In this document: one piece after another, positions 62,541 through 64,000 of the stretch
How positions within the stretch are numbered: position 1 is the first letter of the stretch
How the letters are laid out: every line of letters starts with the position of its first letter
Source: Macrostomum lignano
Lineage: Eukaryota
DNA length: 64,000 nt
Assembly: GCA_002269645.1 (NCBI GenBank)
Contig: NIVC01000882.1
Span: 124,001-188,000, forward strand
Direction: 5' to 3'
The notes under the pieces: model-generated
The model's database searches: none
What the model was told of the DNA's origin: nothing
What the model saw: the letters and a program-made list of their open reading frames with translations, nothing else
Translations under genes and position numbers: made by a program

Positions 62541-63590
62541 CTATATGGATGATGCAGCATTTTGCCACCCATCCAGTGGGATTCGCCACGGGACTGGCCA
62601 GCCAATGAAAAAATGCACAGTGTCTCTCCGGACCCAGCAGAGTTAGGGGCGGCAGCCGCGGCAGGCATAAGAGTGGGGTTGCAGGCTGGGGCAAAAGTCA
62701 GCTAACCGGCTTTGCCAATACTTTTATAAAGAGAGCGTCTCACCTATAGGGTCCCTGCAGGACTTCAGTATCAAGGTCAGAGAGAGAAGGCCTGAAGGAA
62801 ACATCATCCAAGGCCGTTGATCCTCAGCTTCGGCTGACTGCCACACAGTCAGAGAGAGAGTAAAGTGCCAGCGGGTAAGTGACTGCTATTGACAAGGCTA
62901 TATATGGCCTATGCAATGCCGATGCACTAGAACGAACAAAAATAGTGACAGATGAATCATTGGAGCACTCGAACGCTTCAACAGCCTCTTTAACTGGCTG
63001 GCTCTAAAGAAGCTTTCAAGAGCATTTTTCTCTTCGGGCAGAAGAAGAGAAAAGAGAAAGTTAAGGAGAGAAAGGGTGGCGGACCCCCTTGGGCGCCCAG
63101 CTTTCAACAAATCATCCAGCAGGTTGTGGCAGCCCTTCGTCAAGTCAAGTCCCGCCAAAAAATCCCCTATACTGCCTGCCAGTCGGCTTCCCCGTCCCCT
63201 CACCAAAACTCTCGCCCGCGGATATTGGAGCTTAGCGTGAGCTCCTCTGCAGCGGCCCCTCCCACCTGCAGGCGGTGACCGGTCTAATTAAAAAAAACTT
63301 TCAGGATCCCAACTCGCTGCAGCGGGCGGGCATCGATTTCACCCCCAGGTTTGACGCCAGCAACACCTGCCAGTCTGTCAGCGTGGCGGTCTAACGGGGC
63401 GAAAAACAGTCCTGGGGATTAGGGCGCTTATTTCTTAGCACACGCGACACAAACTGACGGAGAGAGAGAGGGAGAGAAGGGTAAGAGGGCGGAGCCGTCA
63501 CCTGCGATTTCTAAATCCTGTTGACTCTGAAATAGAGACCGGCCGCTTTTCAATCGCCTTTTTTAGGCTACTATAAACATAGACTACGGA

Positions 63591-64000
63591 ATGTTGCGGC
63601 CTTCGAACCCGCGACCACGCTTACAGTCAGTCTGTTACGCCTGGCTGCTGATGCTCCAAGTTGCAGCGGCGGCGGCGGCCACGATGTCAGGCGGCGGCGG
63701 CGACGTCGAGGCGAAGAAATTCAACGTCAGCTACTCCATCGCCGAGGAGACGAACGGGACGCGCCTGATTGGTGACCTGACCGCCGACCTGCAGCTGCTG
63801 CGGTTTTACACGCCCGCCCAGCTGGCCACCAAGGAGGTCGAGTTCCTCCGGCTGGGCGGCCGGGACAGCCATCTGGAGAGCTTCCGGGTCCGCCGGGTGG
63901 ACGGTCAGCCGGTGCGGCACGAGCTGCTGCTGATCCGCGGCCTGGATCGCGAGGCCGTCTGCCCGGAGCCTGGCCAGGCCGACTGTCACCTCACCCTCAG
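63591..64000 (+). CDS. Protocadherin-like cadherin, 5' partial (signal peptide + EC1), runs off window end
   Basis: Open frame from ATG 63591 to the window end: MLRPSNPRPRLQSVCYAWLLMLQVAAAAAATMSGGGGDVEAKKFNVSYSIAEETNGTRLIGDLTADL...LLLIRGLDREAVCPEPGQADCHLTL. YSIxEE, IGDL..DL and LDRExxC...C are protocadherin EC1 hallmarks. Absent from the ORF track because it has no stop in the window. Confidence 0.88.
   Translation, partial: MLRPSNPRPRLQSVCYAWLLMLQVAAAAAATMSGGGGDVEAKKFNVSYSIAEETNGTRLIGDLTADLQLLRFYTPAQLATKEVEFLRLGGRDSHLESFRVRRVDGQPVRHELLLIRGLDREAVCPEPGQADCHLTL

Noticed and set aside
62898-63206. Minus-strand LDLTKG resembling Gypsy RT
   Set aside because: The surrounding sequence lacks the following RT motifs (PFG, YxDD), and no LTRs are seen.

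Overview
Eukaryotic (animal) genomic DNA, not prokaryotic. It has spliced genes with GT-AG introns, GC/CpG-rich exons full of poly-Ala/Gly/Gln/Asp runs, and introns packed with unrelated mini- and microsatellites. This style resembles the flatworm Macrostomum (inference, not a database match). I reconstructed by hand six spliced or near-complete genes: MARK/par-1 kinase (-), ARID4/RBBP1-like (+), Rab9-like (+), a divergent ALKBH2/3-fold protein lacking the Fe/2OG ligands (+), GADD45-like (+) and a KLF (+). The 5' end of a protocadherin runs off the right edge and is missing from the ORF track. Mobile DNA comprises two non-autonomous hAT elements with perfect 8-bp TSDs, three copies of a tRNA-derived CORE-type SINE, and two 5'-truncated copies of an RTE-like LINE. 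About 30 tandem arrays explain most ORF-track entries, which are spurious. The most notable items are: (1) a 167-bp CpG-rich palindrome carrying mirror-image GTAAGT donors between the divergent MARK and ARID4 genes; (2) the adjacent 10-kb CpG-depleted block that extends into ARID4 exon 1; (3) the apparent AlkB pseudoenzyme; (4) a Rab9 ORF with ATTG in place of an ATG. Reference-protein comparisons are from memory and need confirming by alignment.
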